DNA of 64,000 nucleotides from Sphaerodactylus townsendi (lineage: Eukaryota), in the NCBI RefSeq assembly GCF_021028975.2, contig NC_059433.1, forward strand, positions 48,856,001-48,920,000. Reading direction: 5' to 3'. Below, piece by piece: positions 51,505-64,000 of the stretch. The position numbers and the translations under genes were made by a program. Positions within the stretch are counted from its first letter, which is position 1. Each line of letters opens with the position of its first letter. The notes under the pieces were generated by a model. That model saw only the letters and a list, made by a program, of their open reading frames with translations. It did no database searches and was not told the origin of the DNA.

Positions 51505-51537
<33 letters not shown>
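50480..51537 (+). mobile_element. L2 LINE 3' part with (AAT)n tail
   Basis: RSLGVHLDSALS.METQV, LVQHA..., ttttgacctttaagg, gagcccttcggggatcgggcggtata and (AAT)n. Many small indels. Confidence 0.85.
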
Positions 51538-52879
51538 TATTTATTTTTGGACATAGTCTGTGGATGATCATGGCTACTTGCAAACCTCATCTATTCCAGC
51601 ACAATGGGCAACATCAAAAAGTCTACATAGGAGAAAGTCTTTCATCTCAGTACAGACTCTGGGAGGACTTCACAGAAAATATACATAAGCAAGTGTGGGC
51701 AAAAATGGTATATCTGGTTCTTTGGGGAGTGAAAAAAACGTGTTGAAATCAGCAGTATCTGCTATATCAGAAGTTTAAAGAAAGGCTGACGAATACTTAA
51801 ATGTGTGGTTAGAAATAGTGAATTTCACAGATCTTTGAGCTCCTATTCCATCGTTATCCTAGTTCTCGCACCAGTCAGCCAAAGAACAGCTGACAGCTGC
51901 ACAAAACTGTGTTGGCCACATTTTCTCATCCTGGTGCCAAATACTGACCCTGTTATGTGCAATTAGCAAGGATGACAGAAAATCCAGGCAGGCTCACTCG
52001 CTGAGCAGTGACATTTAGATTGAATTACAGTCATTGAGAGACCCAAAACAAGAACACTTTACCTATTGCAAATGAAAAGGGGAAAAATACACTTGCCTTG
52101 GAAGAATTCATCATTCATGTGGAATATATAATATTAACTCCAAGACATCAGATAAAAAGACAAGATTTATACCCTCTTTGAAATATTTTATGATTAGTAC
52201 AGTGGTTTTTCTACTTTTTGTTTGGATTTCAAGTCTGTAAAATTGTTGTGATTAAGCTGCTGAATTACTTCTTCAGGTTTTAGATGCTGAACTAGTTTTT
52301 TTTAACAAAGAACATTTTATTTAGTCTAAAAGGACTAAACAAAAATAATGGGAGTAACTATGAAATAGTCCAACATAAACACACCCTCCATTTTTAATGG
52401 AAGTACTGCCTGAGAATGAATGAGACACTTTCCTTCCAAATTAACCACCACAAACCTTTTCTTCCATATGCCATATATAGAGTGCTTAACTCTCAGCCAG
52501 CAGAGAACATGAAGAATAAGTGGTTATTTGGTATATATCATCTTACTCTGCTTTAATCTAAACTGGGGCAATAATAAGAGTTTAGTTCATCATACGTTTT
52601 ATAAGAGAAGGTTTATATTAAAAGTTTTAAACTAAAAGTTATAAAAACCAAAACCTTATCCCTGATCTGAGCCTCATACTATTAGCATATATTAGGCTTC
52701 TGAAGTTAGTGAATACATTTTATCTGGGTCACCAGTGGGATCAAATGAAACAAGGAACGGATGCAAATTTCTTAGACTGAGATCCAAAGAACCACCATCT
52801 CATTCTGTGTTTATAAATCCCACAGGGTACTCCAAAATGTTTGGCTGTAACTAAATTGATAGTTTGGATCCTAAACCTA

Positions 52880-53404
52880 GGCCCCTTCCGCATGGGCCAA
52901 TTACTGCAGGATAATAATGGTGAAAAACCCATTTGTGGGGGGGGGGGGACTTTGCATGGTTCCTGCCCCTAATGCGGGTCTGACCTGCGTTATCCCCCCG
53001 AAATGGGTTTGACCTGAATCATGCTGTCTGCGGGGCATTTCAAAAAGTCCAGGTCACAGCCACTTCCATGTGAATGGCCTAGGCAGGAGGCGCTCTCTGC
53101 GGCTGCGCGTTCTGCTGAGGGGTCCCTTCCCACCCTGTATCTGTGTGGCCACACAGTCACGCAGGGCCATCTGGCAAGGCAGCATGGCTGGTCCTAAGTC
53201 ATGCATGCCTGCTTCGCCACACACTGGCGGGAGGTGAGTGGGCAGCAAAACCCGTGCCTCCATGCGAAGGCACAATGGCAGCCCACATTGCCTCCACAGG
53301 CTCCAGTTGCTGGCAGCATGGAGGCGTGTGAAGAGGGCAAGAGGAAGAGCGGGTTCCTTTATCCCGCCTGCAACTCACTCTCCCTGTGCTGTGTGGAAAG
53401 GGCC
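52880..53404. mobile_element. PIF/Harbinger-like MITE, 525 bp
   Basis: TIRs ggccccttccgca / tgtggaaagggcc with a 3-bp TSD CTA. Confidence 0.85.
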
Positions 53405-53589
53405 CTAGTCTTGCCATTCAGATTTCTACATTATTTTCATTGATGTGATCTTTTTGGTATTATTTTGCTACAGGAGGATAAATTTTAAAAGTTTTATATT
53501 TGTGTTGCCAAAATTTATGTTGGTAACAATCTTACACAGAGTTGACAAACCCATTCTTCCTAGTAAATAGATACAAGCAATCTTCTGGG

Positions 53590-53851
53590 CAAGCACTCAA
53601 TCATTACTGACCTTTGGGGTGATGTCACATCTCATCATTTACTAGGCAGGCTATGTCTATAGGATTGTTTGCCATAACCTTCCCCAGTCTGCTACACTTT
53701 ATCTCCAGCAAGCTGGGTACTCATTTTACAGACCTCGCAAGGATAGAAGACTGAGTCAACCTTGAGCTGGCTACCATCAGGATCAAATTCAGGTTGTAAG
53801 TAAAGTTTTGACTGTAGTACTGCAGCTTACCACTCTGTACCACAGAGCTCC
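53590..53851 (-). mobile_element. Sauria SINE
   Basis: agcaagctgggtactcattttacagacctcgcaaggatagaagactgagtcaaccttgagc matches the Sauria SINE body as I recall it. Confidence 0.8.
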
Positions 53852-53884
53852 TATCCTTTCAGAGACGAGGCTATTTCATGTGGG

Positions 53885-54468
53885 TGTAAGGATATTGAGA
53901 TTATCTCTCTTGTCCCATGCCCTGCAGATGTCAGGCTTCCTTGACTTTCCAAATGCCTGTACACTAGATCAAGGCAAGGACTTGCTAACTCTATACAGCA
54001 ATCTGTACAACTCAGTTTTGTGGTTGGGGCCATATATTTGTCTGTGTATGTATAGGCACCAAACTAAATGTACACAAACACGTGAAGTTTCCCTATTCCA
54101 GAGATCCTGGCTATCTAGCCTATAACAAACACTGTTCCTCCCTGACAGTCTGAGATTAGAGGACTCTGGCCACCTAGCCTTCCTCTCCCTGTCCTCACTG
54201 CCACTAGACACAATCTCCAGACTGAAGGAACTGTGAGCTGACACGATCTGTGTCTGACTCCTGAATCTGCGTGTCTCTCCACTCAGACTCAATTCCCCAA
54301 CAACCAAGAACCTTTCTGATATGCTTCTTCCTGCTTTTATAGCAGACGGCACACCCTATCTGTGGCTACCAGCTATAGCATTACAGCCTAGCCAATCAGG
54401 TTGTGCTCTGGCTGTTACTGTGGTGTTTTGCTCTGGCTAACTGCACCATAAGAGCCTAATCCATCACA
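53885..54468 (-). mobile_element. Possible solo LTR
   Basis: TGT...ACA ends, a minus-strand TATAAAA at ~54334-54340 and a CCAAT box at ~54392. No clean TSD. Confidence 0.4.
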
Positions 54469-55856
54469 GTTACATATCAGCATTGAGGCACTGCATTGAG
54501 TATATGTTCTAAACTGCCATTTCATTTGGAGTAGCATTGAGTGCAGTGTGCAATCTAGAAAAAAAACCCTTAATGAATATTTGCCCTATAGAATTCTCCA
54601 TTCCTTTCGTGACAAAAATTGCAGTATTAATTGTTGGCAATCGACAAGGGATCTGCAAGTCTTCTCATAATCCATTCACTATCATTAAAGAATTAGTATT
54701 TTGTGGCAACAAATATTGAAATGCACTTTTCACAAGTTTCTAATGGACTTCAACCAAGGACAAAACAATTCGGTCACATTTAGAATTCCTAGGGTTGCAA
54801 GTTTCCCAGTAACACAAAATTTATATATGGCAGTCAACCAATCAGGACTTGAAGAAAATCAGTATCTGCGTGATGGTTCATTGATAGGAAGGTGCTAACT
54901 CTTGCTTAGTGTCATGATATAAGTGACAGCAGGTGTGTCTTTTTTAGGAAATTTATTTTCGTTTCATGCTGTTTCATTGCTGGGGAACATGGGAACGAGT
55001 TACAAAATAACAACTTAATTCTGATCTGGGGTTTAAATCCAAGATTTTAATAAACAATGTATGCATTGGACCACCCCAGTTCTGGCATTATATAATAAAT
55101 TAATGCCTTGTTGTTTGGTGGGAATTAGATACACTGCATCAATTGAAGTTCTTCTAATGTTTGTGTTGCTATAGCCTGCATATTTTATCATTGCCTTCTT
55201 TGCCCATTGTATTTTCTTAGTATGTCACATTTTACTAATGTGCACTTTTGTTAAGGGAGAAAAATGTATAGGTTTGCTCAGGTTCCTAGTGCTCAGCTGT
55301 AATTTCAGATATGGCTACATATGTAGCTACATGTTATAGTTTATATACTGTTAGGAATAAAAACCCTTGCAATACCATTTAAGCCAACAGTCCGTACAAC
55401 TGCAGCATGTCCTTTTCCTGCTGACTGTTTGGATACCTCATTCAAGAGGTTTGGCAGGAATTGTAATGGTGATTAAAAGAATCAGTATTTGGCACCTGCT
55501 CATATTTAGTTCTCTGCAGAACTTGGATTAGCCTTTGCAGCTATGAATCAGGACCCAGCTGGTTTAGCTACACCCAGTGATCTTAATTTAGAAAAGCAAT
55601 GCTATTAATGCCTATTTTCTTGACTGTAAGGGCCCCCACATAGAGAAATGTTGAATCTTAAGTCTAGAAAGCTAAATCCCCCCTTTCCCCAGAAAACGTA
55701 CACTGTACTGAAGAAATGCAAGTCAATGTTTTGACCCTGTGGGACTATCTCAGAGGGTAATGGGAGGAAGTTCAGTCTCTATGACTCATTTAAGCCTCTT
55801 CCTTTCAGCTCAGAAAATCAAAGGTAGTGCTAATTGGTGCCAGAGGGAATGGAGCT

Positions 55857-55879
55857 TGTGTGTGTGTGTGTGTGTGTGT
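55857..55879. repeat. (GT)n microsatellite
   Basis: Directly visible. Confidence 0.95.
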
Positions 55880-58800
55880 TTGTATATGTGGCTCTAAACG
55901 GGGCACTTGCCTCTGAGAAATATTGCATGTGCTATATTTATCCTCTGGAATCCTATCTACCTCTTTGGATCAAATATATAAAATAAACTACACAAATATT
56001 TTGAACATATACTGAGTAGATAGTTCAGTAGTAAAATTAAGTAATAAGGAAGGTATCAGTTCAAAAAGATTGTGCTGAAGATTATATAGTCAACCTCCAT
56101 AAATGATATAGATTAATCTCTTGTACCAAGCAGGTTTTTTATGTTTTACACAAAAGTATTTTGCCAAAGCAAATGTAATATTAATTAAAGAAATCATGAC
56201 AGAGTTTTAAAATATTGTTGTTTTACTGTAATACATTCTTGTATGTAATACATTCTTGGGTCTTACATATCTAAAGGATGGTCTCCTTTCGTGGCATTTC
56301 TTAGCAATAGCTAGCAACATCCATCTCATATCACCATGCTGCAAAATAGACTTAGATTTGAATGTTGGGCAGCCCCATCCAAGAGCCGGGCACCCAGTCA
56401 CAGTGCCACTGCAGCTGCACCCATGTGTGGCCCCCAAAGAGGTTTCTTGGTGGTGTGAGGAGGTTTACAAAGCAAAAAAGTCTTCCCACCACTGAAAATT
56501 CCCCCTGGGTTTCAATAGACTTACAGGACCTTTTTAGGTGCTGTAAGTCTAAAGGCCTGGTATAAGTCAGTGAATGGCCAGGAGGAAGCTGACTAATGTC
56601 GGCTCCTCCCCTGGCCGTGTCCCTGTCTGCCCCTACTATGCTGACAATGGCAAGGGCGCTAGGATGCTGGACTAAGAAGCATACAATTTTATTTAGAATT
56701 GCATTTTGGGTGAATTAGACCAGACAAACTTCACATCTTCTGAGTCGTTGAAGGCCAGTATAAAGAAACCAGGGCAAAAAACAGCTTGGGAGTTTGGGTG
56801 TTTGCTTGAAAATGACTTGCCTAGATAATGGGCTTTCAAGAAAACTCATGAGTTGCACACAGTCATCAAAAGCACTGCAAGAAACCGAGGCAGAAACACA
56901 TGCAAGACAGGTACATAGTAGGCCTAAGTCTCTGAATATAGCATATCCTGCTCTGACTTGTCAAAAAAAATTTGTGATATACATCACATATCACTTTATT
57001 CAACAAATGAAATGTCTGTTCAGTTGGATTAATCTAGATATATCAATGTTTAACTCCAAGCAGGTATTAATGTATCACATTGGCAGTCCTAAGTTTTGTT
57101 CATAATGTTAAATATCAATAAAAGGCTTTAGGGCCATGGGAGACTGGGTTTATTCAGGAATATTAACATCTCAGTATTTCATCTCATAACAATCTTGAAA
57201 TTTAAGCTTCAAAATATTGGAAATCAAATAGCAGGTTTCAAAGGAGGACAGTCAATTTTTTAAAGATGAGTGAGAACATTTCTTCTGCAAACAATATATG
57301 TAGCTTGTGCAAGATCACACACTGTGAAATAAGAGGGTTAGAAGTGGAATTTATATGTTTCAAACTTGATCCCTAATTTTCACCCTAGCAGCATGAAACA
57401 GAAAACAGTTAAATACTAAAGCTGTTTAAACTGCACGTAGAAAGAAGCCAGCTTGATGATGAGATAGGCTGAAGTACTTTCTTGGGTGCCAGATATGTAA
57501 CCTGCTCTGTAGTCTCACCACATCCAACTTCTGAGTGCAAACTGCTCTGAAATGATGCTGAAATGGGCCTCTGAAATTCTATGAGATAAAACTGCTTTCT
57601 ACCAACTCGACTTGAAAGCCTATTTGCAGTGAACATATTCTCCATATTTTGAAGACCATCTTTTTCTAACCACCAGAGATGAAGGCCAGCTAATTGGGGG
57701 ATAATGGCGTTTTTGTTTAGAGTGGAAGGAAAAACTAACGGGAAATTTATCCTTGCAACTGGGTTGCTGGAAAGGCTAAGACCAGTTCACATTGTACCAT
57801 GGGGATATGTGGGGGGGGGGGAGTCTTGATTAGAATCTGTTCTGGCCATTAAAAATTGGCTAAGGATTTGAACGTCCAACAACAAACCCTTAGCCATAAC
57901 TGTGCAGGATGCATACTCATCCAAACCCTATGCATACTCTGTGCCCACCAGCCAGTGCCCTGCCCATCCCTGCTACCACTTTCAAGGTTCCCCCACCTCT
58001 GCCCTCCACTTCTCCATCCCCACAAGTCACCATGACCTGCCTGGTGCTAGCAGTGTCGAGCAGTGGAACAGCAGTGGCAAACCTGTCCATCCCTCACTTG
58101 CCTTCCCCAGCCCCACCAGCAACCCCAACCCAGCACCCAGGCCAGTGTCTTCATGGCCACCATGACAACTCCCCTGCATCCCTTCAACCCAGCACCCACA
58201 CAAGCCCCCCCAGCTTACCCAGTGCCAGCACCACCAAGAGCACCAGAGTGGCGGTGGGTTTGACTGTCCATCGCCCTCCTTCTTCCAGCCCCAAAGAACC
58301 CCATTTCCACTGGCCTTCCACCACTGCCAACAACCCCATCACCCACTCCACACTTACCCGAATTCTCAGGGGATCATCCATGGCAAGATTAGAGACCACC
58401 TGGTGGGGAGGTCGCTCAAGTGACAATACAGCCCATTGCAGGATAATTCTTTCTTGCCCCCTCTATCGGAATATGATGAGTGTCATGGATATCTACAGGA
58501 GAATGGTTGTGACAACATATGCTTCATACTGTAGTAAGGGCAACTTCAACGTCTATTACATGGGAAGAGAACAAGATATCACACTACTCGTCCTGTATTG
58601 ATGCTAGTACATAATCTGGAGAAACCCTCTAATTGGTTAAATGTGTTTGCGATGGGACAGCAGAGATGGGCTTTATTTAAGGGTTCAACAATGAACAATA
58701 TCCAATTTCTTTTCTTTGTACTAGATATTGTTGGTTGAGAGGTAGGATTTGATGGTGACTTTTTTCCACCACCTGTCCCTGGATGAATTAAAATAACGGA

Positions 58801-59713
58801 GTGACCAGAAAGATATTTAAGGAATGGTTGAGGTTACTTTATGATTTTTCTGTAAACTGTCTTCCATGAGGATAATTATTCTAACACACTGGTGAATACA
58901 TCTCCACCTTCCAAAGGTGTTTCTGTGTAGGTACATTTCACTGTTCTTCTGCTTGGGTAATTCAGGAAGAATAAACTTGTTTACTTGTGTGAACCAGAGA
59001 TGATAAAGTCAAAGTGTTGATTTATTTCCCTGAAATGAGAAACAATGGTTTTGATGTCAGAGAGGAACTTATAAATATTTGTAACAACGCATGGGACGTA
59101 AACAGGAGAAATTGTTTCACTTTGAACCGCAGTGTTTCATAAAGAGCTAAAATGCCAGAAATTGTCAATCTATTGTTTGAGAATATATTTTCAAAAGTTT
59201 TCCATAGGTTTTGACCAATCTGTGCCACTCCTAGCACATTAAACTGCCCTGTTTCCATGTGAACTCGGACTATGATTCTTCTAATCTTCCTAATAGTGTC
59301 TAAACTCTCCTGAACACAATGGTTGGATTAGGGCCGGTAAACTGAAGCTCAGCCCAGACAAGACTGAAATGCTGCTGGTCAATGGAGAAGTTTCTCAAGG
59401 ACTGAGGAGTCAGCCTGTCCTGGAGGGGTCTGCATTCGCCCTGAAGGAACAGGGTAATAACATGGGGATGCTGCTGGACCCTGGCCTACAGTTGGAAGAC
59501 CAAGGGCATTTTTGAATGGTCAAAATATCCCAGGGTGAGCACGGAAAATATCCCTGTGCAGTTCCCAAAACTGCACAGGGTCTGCCCCTGTGTTGCCCCA
59601 CTATTTTTCCTTTGCCCCACAACTTTTAAAAATTGCCAGTTTGGTGGTTCTTTTAAAAGATCCTGGGGCGACCTCACTGCCGTGCAAACGTTATGGGAGC
59701 AGACCCATTATAT

Positions 59714-59983
59714 GAGCAGCAGTGGCATAGAAGGTTAAGAGCTCGTGTATCTAATCTGGAGGAACCGGGTTTGATTGCCCGCTCTGCCGCCTGAGCTATG
59801 AAGGCTTATATGGGGAATTCAGATTAGCCTGTGTACTCCCACACATGCCAGCTGGGTGACCTTGGGCTAGTCACAGCTTCTCGGAGCTCTCTCAGCCCCA
59901 CCTACCTCAAAGGGTGTTTGTTGTGAGGGGGTAGGGCAAGGAGATTGTAAGCCCCTTTGAGTCTCCTACAGGAGAGAAAGGGG
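59714..59983 (+). mobile_element. Squam3-like SINE
   Basis: Highly similar to the 37472 copy; its tail falls in the gap. Confidence 0.85.
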
Positions 59984-60120
59984 NNNNNNNNNNNNNNNNN
60001 NNNNNNNNNNNNNNNNNNNNNNNNNNNNNNNNNNNNNNNNNNNNNNNNNNNNNNNNNNNNNNNNNNNNNNNNNNNNNNNNNNNNNNNNNNNNNNNNNNNN
60101 NNNNNNNNNNNNNNNNNNNN
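59984..60120. other. Assembly gap (N run)
   Basis: N bases. Confidence 1.
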
Positions 60121-62186
60121 CTCTTGCCTTTCGAGCCTGTGATGCATGAATCATTCAGGGGAAAGTGGGGTGGTGGGGAAAGCTGTTCCCTCTTTCCTTT
60201 GGAGCCGGCAATGCGTGGCTCATGCAGGGGAAAGTGGGGGGGGGGGAGCAGGCTCCAAAAACAACCCAGCATTAACATTTCCGCACAGCACAATTACACT
60301 GGAGTAGACCTGGGATCATATATACTGGGGCTATTTTCATGGCTTATTCCTCTGCACAGTTCCCTGCTTCTTTCCAGTGTACGTGTGCTGTGCGGAAATG
60401 GCCCAAATCTTCCCTGTGATAAGCCAGTTTCAAGCTATTTCTTGAAAACTGGCCAGTGTTCCATGCTTTGATTATGTTCATGCTGGGTTAAAGTAATGTG
60501 CTATTTGTGGGACTACCTTTCAAAATGGTCTGGAAACTTCATCTTCTCCAAGATGCAGCAGTCAGGCTATTGTTATGGGTGGAGTACAGGGATCTAATCA
60601 GCCAAGTGTTATAAATTCTGCACCGGCTGCCCATTGGTTTCTAGGTGCAATTCAGAGTGCTGGTTCTTACCATTAAACCGTAAATGGCTTGAGACCAGGG
60701 TACCTGATGGACCCCCTCTTTCCATATTGTCCAGTCCACCAGTTAAGATTTTTATCACAAGTCCAGCTATCTATTTCCACACTTTCAGAGGTGAATGGGT
60801 GGCAATCAGAAAAAGGGCTTTTTCAATAATGGCAGTTTGCTTTTGTGGAATGCCATTCCCCTTAAGGTTGCTTTTTTTGCTTTCTTTTAAGTATCAGGCC
60901 AAATGTTTCTGTTCACCCAGGGTGAATACCCTGTTCACCCAGTTTTAGCCAGGAAACTGTTGTTTTAAGCTGTCTGTGGTCTAATTTAAAAGCAGATTTA
61001 TTTATTTAAGTTATATCTTAAGTTATATCTTAAGTTATATCTTTTATAAAACATAAAAATGTTTTATTTTTAATATTTTTAATTCGTAAGCTGACCCAGT
61101 CAGGTTTCTGAAAGGGTGGGATAAAAATGTTCTAAAAAATGAATATTTGAAGAGTATTAACTGTTTGTTAAACCCCACATTTTTTTCTTCTACTACTCCC
61201 CCTCCCATTGCCCTGAACAGAGGAGAGATGATGTTGCACAATGTGTTGACATCATGTTGAGGTGAAAACCATAATACCACAGAATTTTCAGAGCATTGAC
61301 TAACATGCTGACTCATCAGCTCCTTGCCCACCCCCTGGAGTTTCCAGGGAGTTATTACTATTTAGTTCTTGACTAGTGGATAAAGTGAAATTCTCATTCA
61401 TTGGTGTAATTTTTTTAAGGTTCAGAGTTGACTGGATATATTTAAAGGACTATTTAAAGTACAGGTTGTCCACAAATGAAAGAACAAAATAATCATAACT
61501 CAAAAGTTTCAACATGTATTTCTTCTGTAAGCACTTTTATGCCCTGCAGGTTGTATAAACAAAATTGAAACTTCAGTTTTTAGTGATTTCAAATCTTGAT
61601 CCCTCTGAAGTAGAAATTGAACCCTGGGGCATATGAAATACATATACAATGTTCCTTTGTGCAGTTTCATGTCACCACAAACACAATTTACAGTCTCACA
61701 ATAACTGGTATTCTGGGTACTGCAGTGAAACAAAACAAACAAAGCCCTAATTTTTGTTCAATAATTTCAATCCCCCAATATGGCTTGGCTGCCATTCCAA
61801 CAAATTGGTTCATATTTTGGATTAAATTGAACTAATGATATAGCATTGCTGTTTAGCCTTTATTTAATCTTTGTATCATATTAACTGAATTAGATTTATA
61901 ATCCAGTGTAAAACATAGGCAGGTAATATACAGTTTAAAATTTTACACATATATCTAATTTTTGTTGTGTATACCAAACATCATGAAAATACTACAGATT
62001 AGCTTGATGATTTTCATTACAGTAATTAAAAAACGCAAAACATTTAATTGTAAATCTACATAACATGTGAGTAAACATTCACATCTGAAAGAATGTTGCA
62101 TAATAGTAAGCATACATGTTCACACCGTTCTGGCCTCAGCATGAATTTTTGTGGCTGCCAGTCATAACCATTTCTGCTCAAATTTA

Positions 62187-62337
62187 GGCCCCTTCTGCAC
62201 ATGCAGAATAATTCACTTTCAGTCTACTTTCACAATTGTTTCCAAGTGGATTTTGCTATTCTGCACAGTAAAATCCCACTACAAAGTACATTGAAAGTGG
62301 ATTGAAAGTACAGTACTCTGCATGTGTGGAAGGGGCC
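62187..62337. mobile_element. PIF/Harbinger-like (Tourist-type) MITE, 151 bp
   Basis: TIRs ggccccttctgcacatgcag / ctgcatgtgtggaaggggcc with TSD TTA. Confidence 0.9.
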
Positions 62338-62759
62338 TTAGAGATGCCTCAGTACAAAATACAATTGTCATGATATTTGTGAAGGCATATGCGATATTTC
62401 TTAATTTTTACCTTTTGAATTGCTGATTGAAAAGAATTTGGAAACCTGTTTCTGTATATTTTGAAGTAATAATTGGTAAATAATACACTTGAGTATAAAT
62501 TTTGTGTGATAATTTGCCCTAAAAAGCTGTCACCTGGATTTGTTACAGATTCACATCTTGAAAAAGGATTTCATAAGAGTACAAAATACTTATGTTCTTC
62601 ATATATGGTGATGTACAAAGCAGCATAGCATTTGACTGGTTTTATTTTGAGTGTAACATCTAAAGCTGTTCACGTAAGTTGTACAATAATAAAATCTAAG
62701 ATAGACTGTTAAGCAAGTCTGAAGAGTGTGGTGCTATAAAGGAATTCCCCTACTGTATC

Positions 62760-63125
62760 TTCTGTTCCATTTTCCCCTGGATGAGTACTGTTTTCTTTTT
62801 GAGAAAAGACCAAGGCAAAGATGTTAAGTGGTTCTGCCTTTTCTCCATCACGTTAGCCATCTTCTCCATTCAGTGTCTTTATCTTTCTTTTTTCTTTCTT
62901 TTTCTACAGATATATCTAAAAAAAAGCTTTTTTTGTTGTTGTTTTTCACTTGTCTGGCAAGACTCAGCTCATTGCGAGCTTCAGCTTTTCTGACTTTCTC
63001 CCTATACATCCTCACTATTTGTTTGAATTCCACTTTGGTGATTTTCCCTACTTTTCTATTTCTTATACATGGCCTTTTAAAATCTTAGCTCAGTTGAAAG
63101 TTCTTTAGACATCCTGGTTTCCTTA
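62760..63125 (-). mobile_element. CR1 ORF2 linker fragment
   Basis: EFKQIVRMYREKVRKAEARNELSLARQVKNNNKKSFF. Confidence 0.8.
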
Positions 63126-63228
63126 TGTTCTGGATTAAAGTATAGACTTGTGTCAAAAGTTTATTAGCTTCTTTACAAGTTCACCATAAATAATAAAATA
63201 AAATAAACCTCCTAATCCTTTTATAAAA

Positions 63229-63718
63229 ACGCCCTCCTGCACACTTCTGTTTGGCACATTTGGTGTAATGGTAGAATTGGGGCTCTTTCTTAACCATGGC
63301 GGATTCCACAGGGCGATTAATAGCACCCTTGGAATGATAAAAACATCTGCAGCGAGGCAGCGCCGTGCTTTTTTGGGGGAAACAGCGTTTCCCTGCTGGC
63401 GCCGTGAAAATGGCACCAGCTTGCGGTACCTCCATTTCCTTTTTCCACACTCACCTTCTCTCCTGACGGAGCTTGCCAGGGATGGGGAGACATGTCTACA
63501 CTGCCCGACCCCCTGAGGTCTGAGGGCAGTGTGTGTGTGCCTCCCTGTCCCTGTTGAGCTCTGCAGGAGAGAAGGTGAGTGTGGGAAAAGGAAATGGAGC
63601 CGCCTCCATGGGAACTCTGGGGTCGCTTGCACCTCAGCGTGTGAACAGCCCCAGGGCTCCACCAGCCTCATTCATGCCGGTGGGATGCTGTTGCCCTCTG
63701 CCCGTGCGGAATCCGCTC
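63229..63718. mobile_element. Harbinger-like MITE with internal inverted repeat
   Basis: Ends ccgtgcggaatccgc. ctccatttcctttttccacactcaccttctctcctg (63430) is inverted at 63564-63600. Confidence 0.55.
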
Positions 63719-63938
63719 ATGTCAAGCATGCCATTCCACAGTCATGACAGAGAGCCTATGAACCAATACTTGCCATTTTTACCAATTTGCTGTGTAGCAC
63801 CTTCAAAAGTCTTGGCTCAGGTGAGCATAACTAGTATGGCAGGGCTGTGATGCTGATTTCACTGAGCAGGGGCATGATGCTCTTTGACACGCAGGTTAAG
63901 GGTTACAGGTAGATCAGGTCCTCACAGTTTATTACCAA

Positions 63939-64000
63939 CTAGCAGGGAACCCGTGCTTCGCTACACATACTTCATCACAGGCTCTCTATGAATTTCAGGG
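63939..64000 (-). mobile_element. Helitron-like 3' terminus (element runs off the window)
   Basis: The minus strand reads gtagcgaagcac (hairpin), a spacer, then CTAG followed by T. Confidence 0.55.

Larger units (their letters stand above)
59504..60403. mobile_element. Harbinger-like element (20419 family) containing a SINE
   Basis: gggcattttt...gcggaaatggcc, with TSD CAA (59501-59503, 60404-60406). Confidence 0.75.
59310..61145 (+). mobile_element. Old L2 LINE 3' part, interrupted by a MITE
   Basis: KLKLSPDKTEMLLV...GMLLDPGLQLEDQ | I... continues after 60406 as QDAAVRLL...LHRLPI..VQFRVLVLT, followed by an L2-type 3' end. Confidence 0.8.

Noticed and set aside
51564-51746. ORF containing KVYIGES...R (GIY-YIG-like)
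   Set aside because: It lacks the upstream GIY/GVY motif and the downstream His/Glu motifs, so it is probably chance.
57909-58601. Longest ORF (230 aa, Pro/Ser/Thr-rich)
   Set aside because: The C/A-rich low-complexity DNA is open in several frames on both strands, with no recognisable domain or splice structure.

Overview
Eukaryotic, repeat-rich DNA from a squamate reptile; the repeat inventory suggests a gecko (inference). It reads as a large intron or intergenic desert. I could not support any host protein-coding gene. The only recognisable protein motifs belong to decayed retroelements: L1/Tx1, CR1, L2, RTE/BovB, a Penelope GIY-YIG domain and a DIRS gag Zn-finger. The window also holds many non-autonomous DNA transposons with readable TIRs and TSDs (hAT including a SPIN-type MITE, PIF/Harbinger-like, Tc1/mariner-like), a Helitron-like 3' end, tRNA- and 5S-derived SINEs, microsatellites and three N gaps. 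I found no convincing new biological system. The best leads are: (1) a SPIN-type MITE whose interior looks like a captured MIR/CORE-SINE core; (2) one internal fold-back module joined to three different transposon termini; (3) a decayed hammerhead-ribozyme-like motif in a Penelope-type terminal repeat; (4) a DIRS deletion derivative; (5) two three-level nested insertions; (6) an apparent templated insertion inside an L1. Some segments look like error-rich gap fill. Family names come from recall of consensus sequences and need RepeatMasker/Dfam confirmation.
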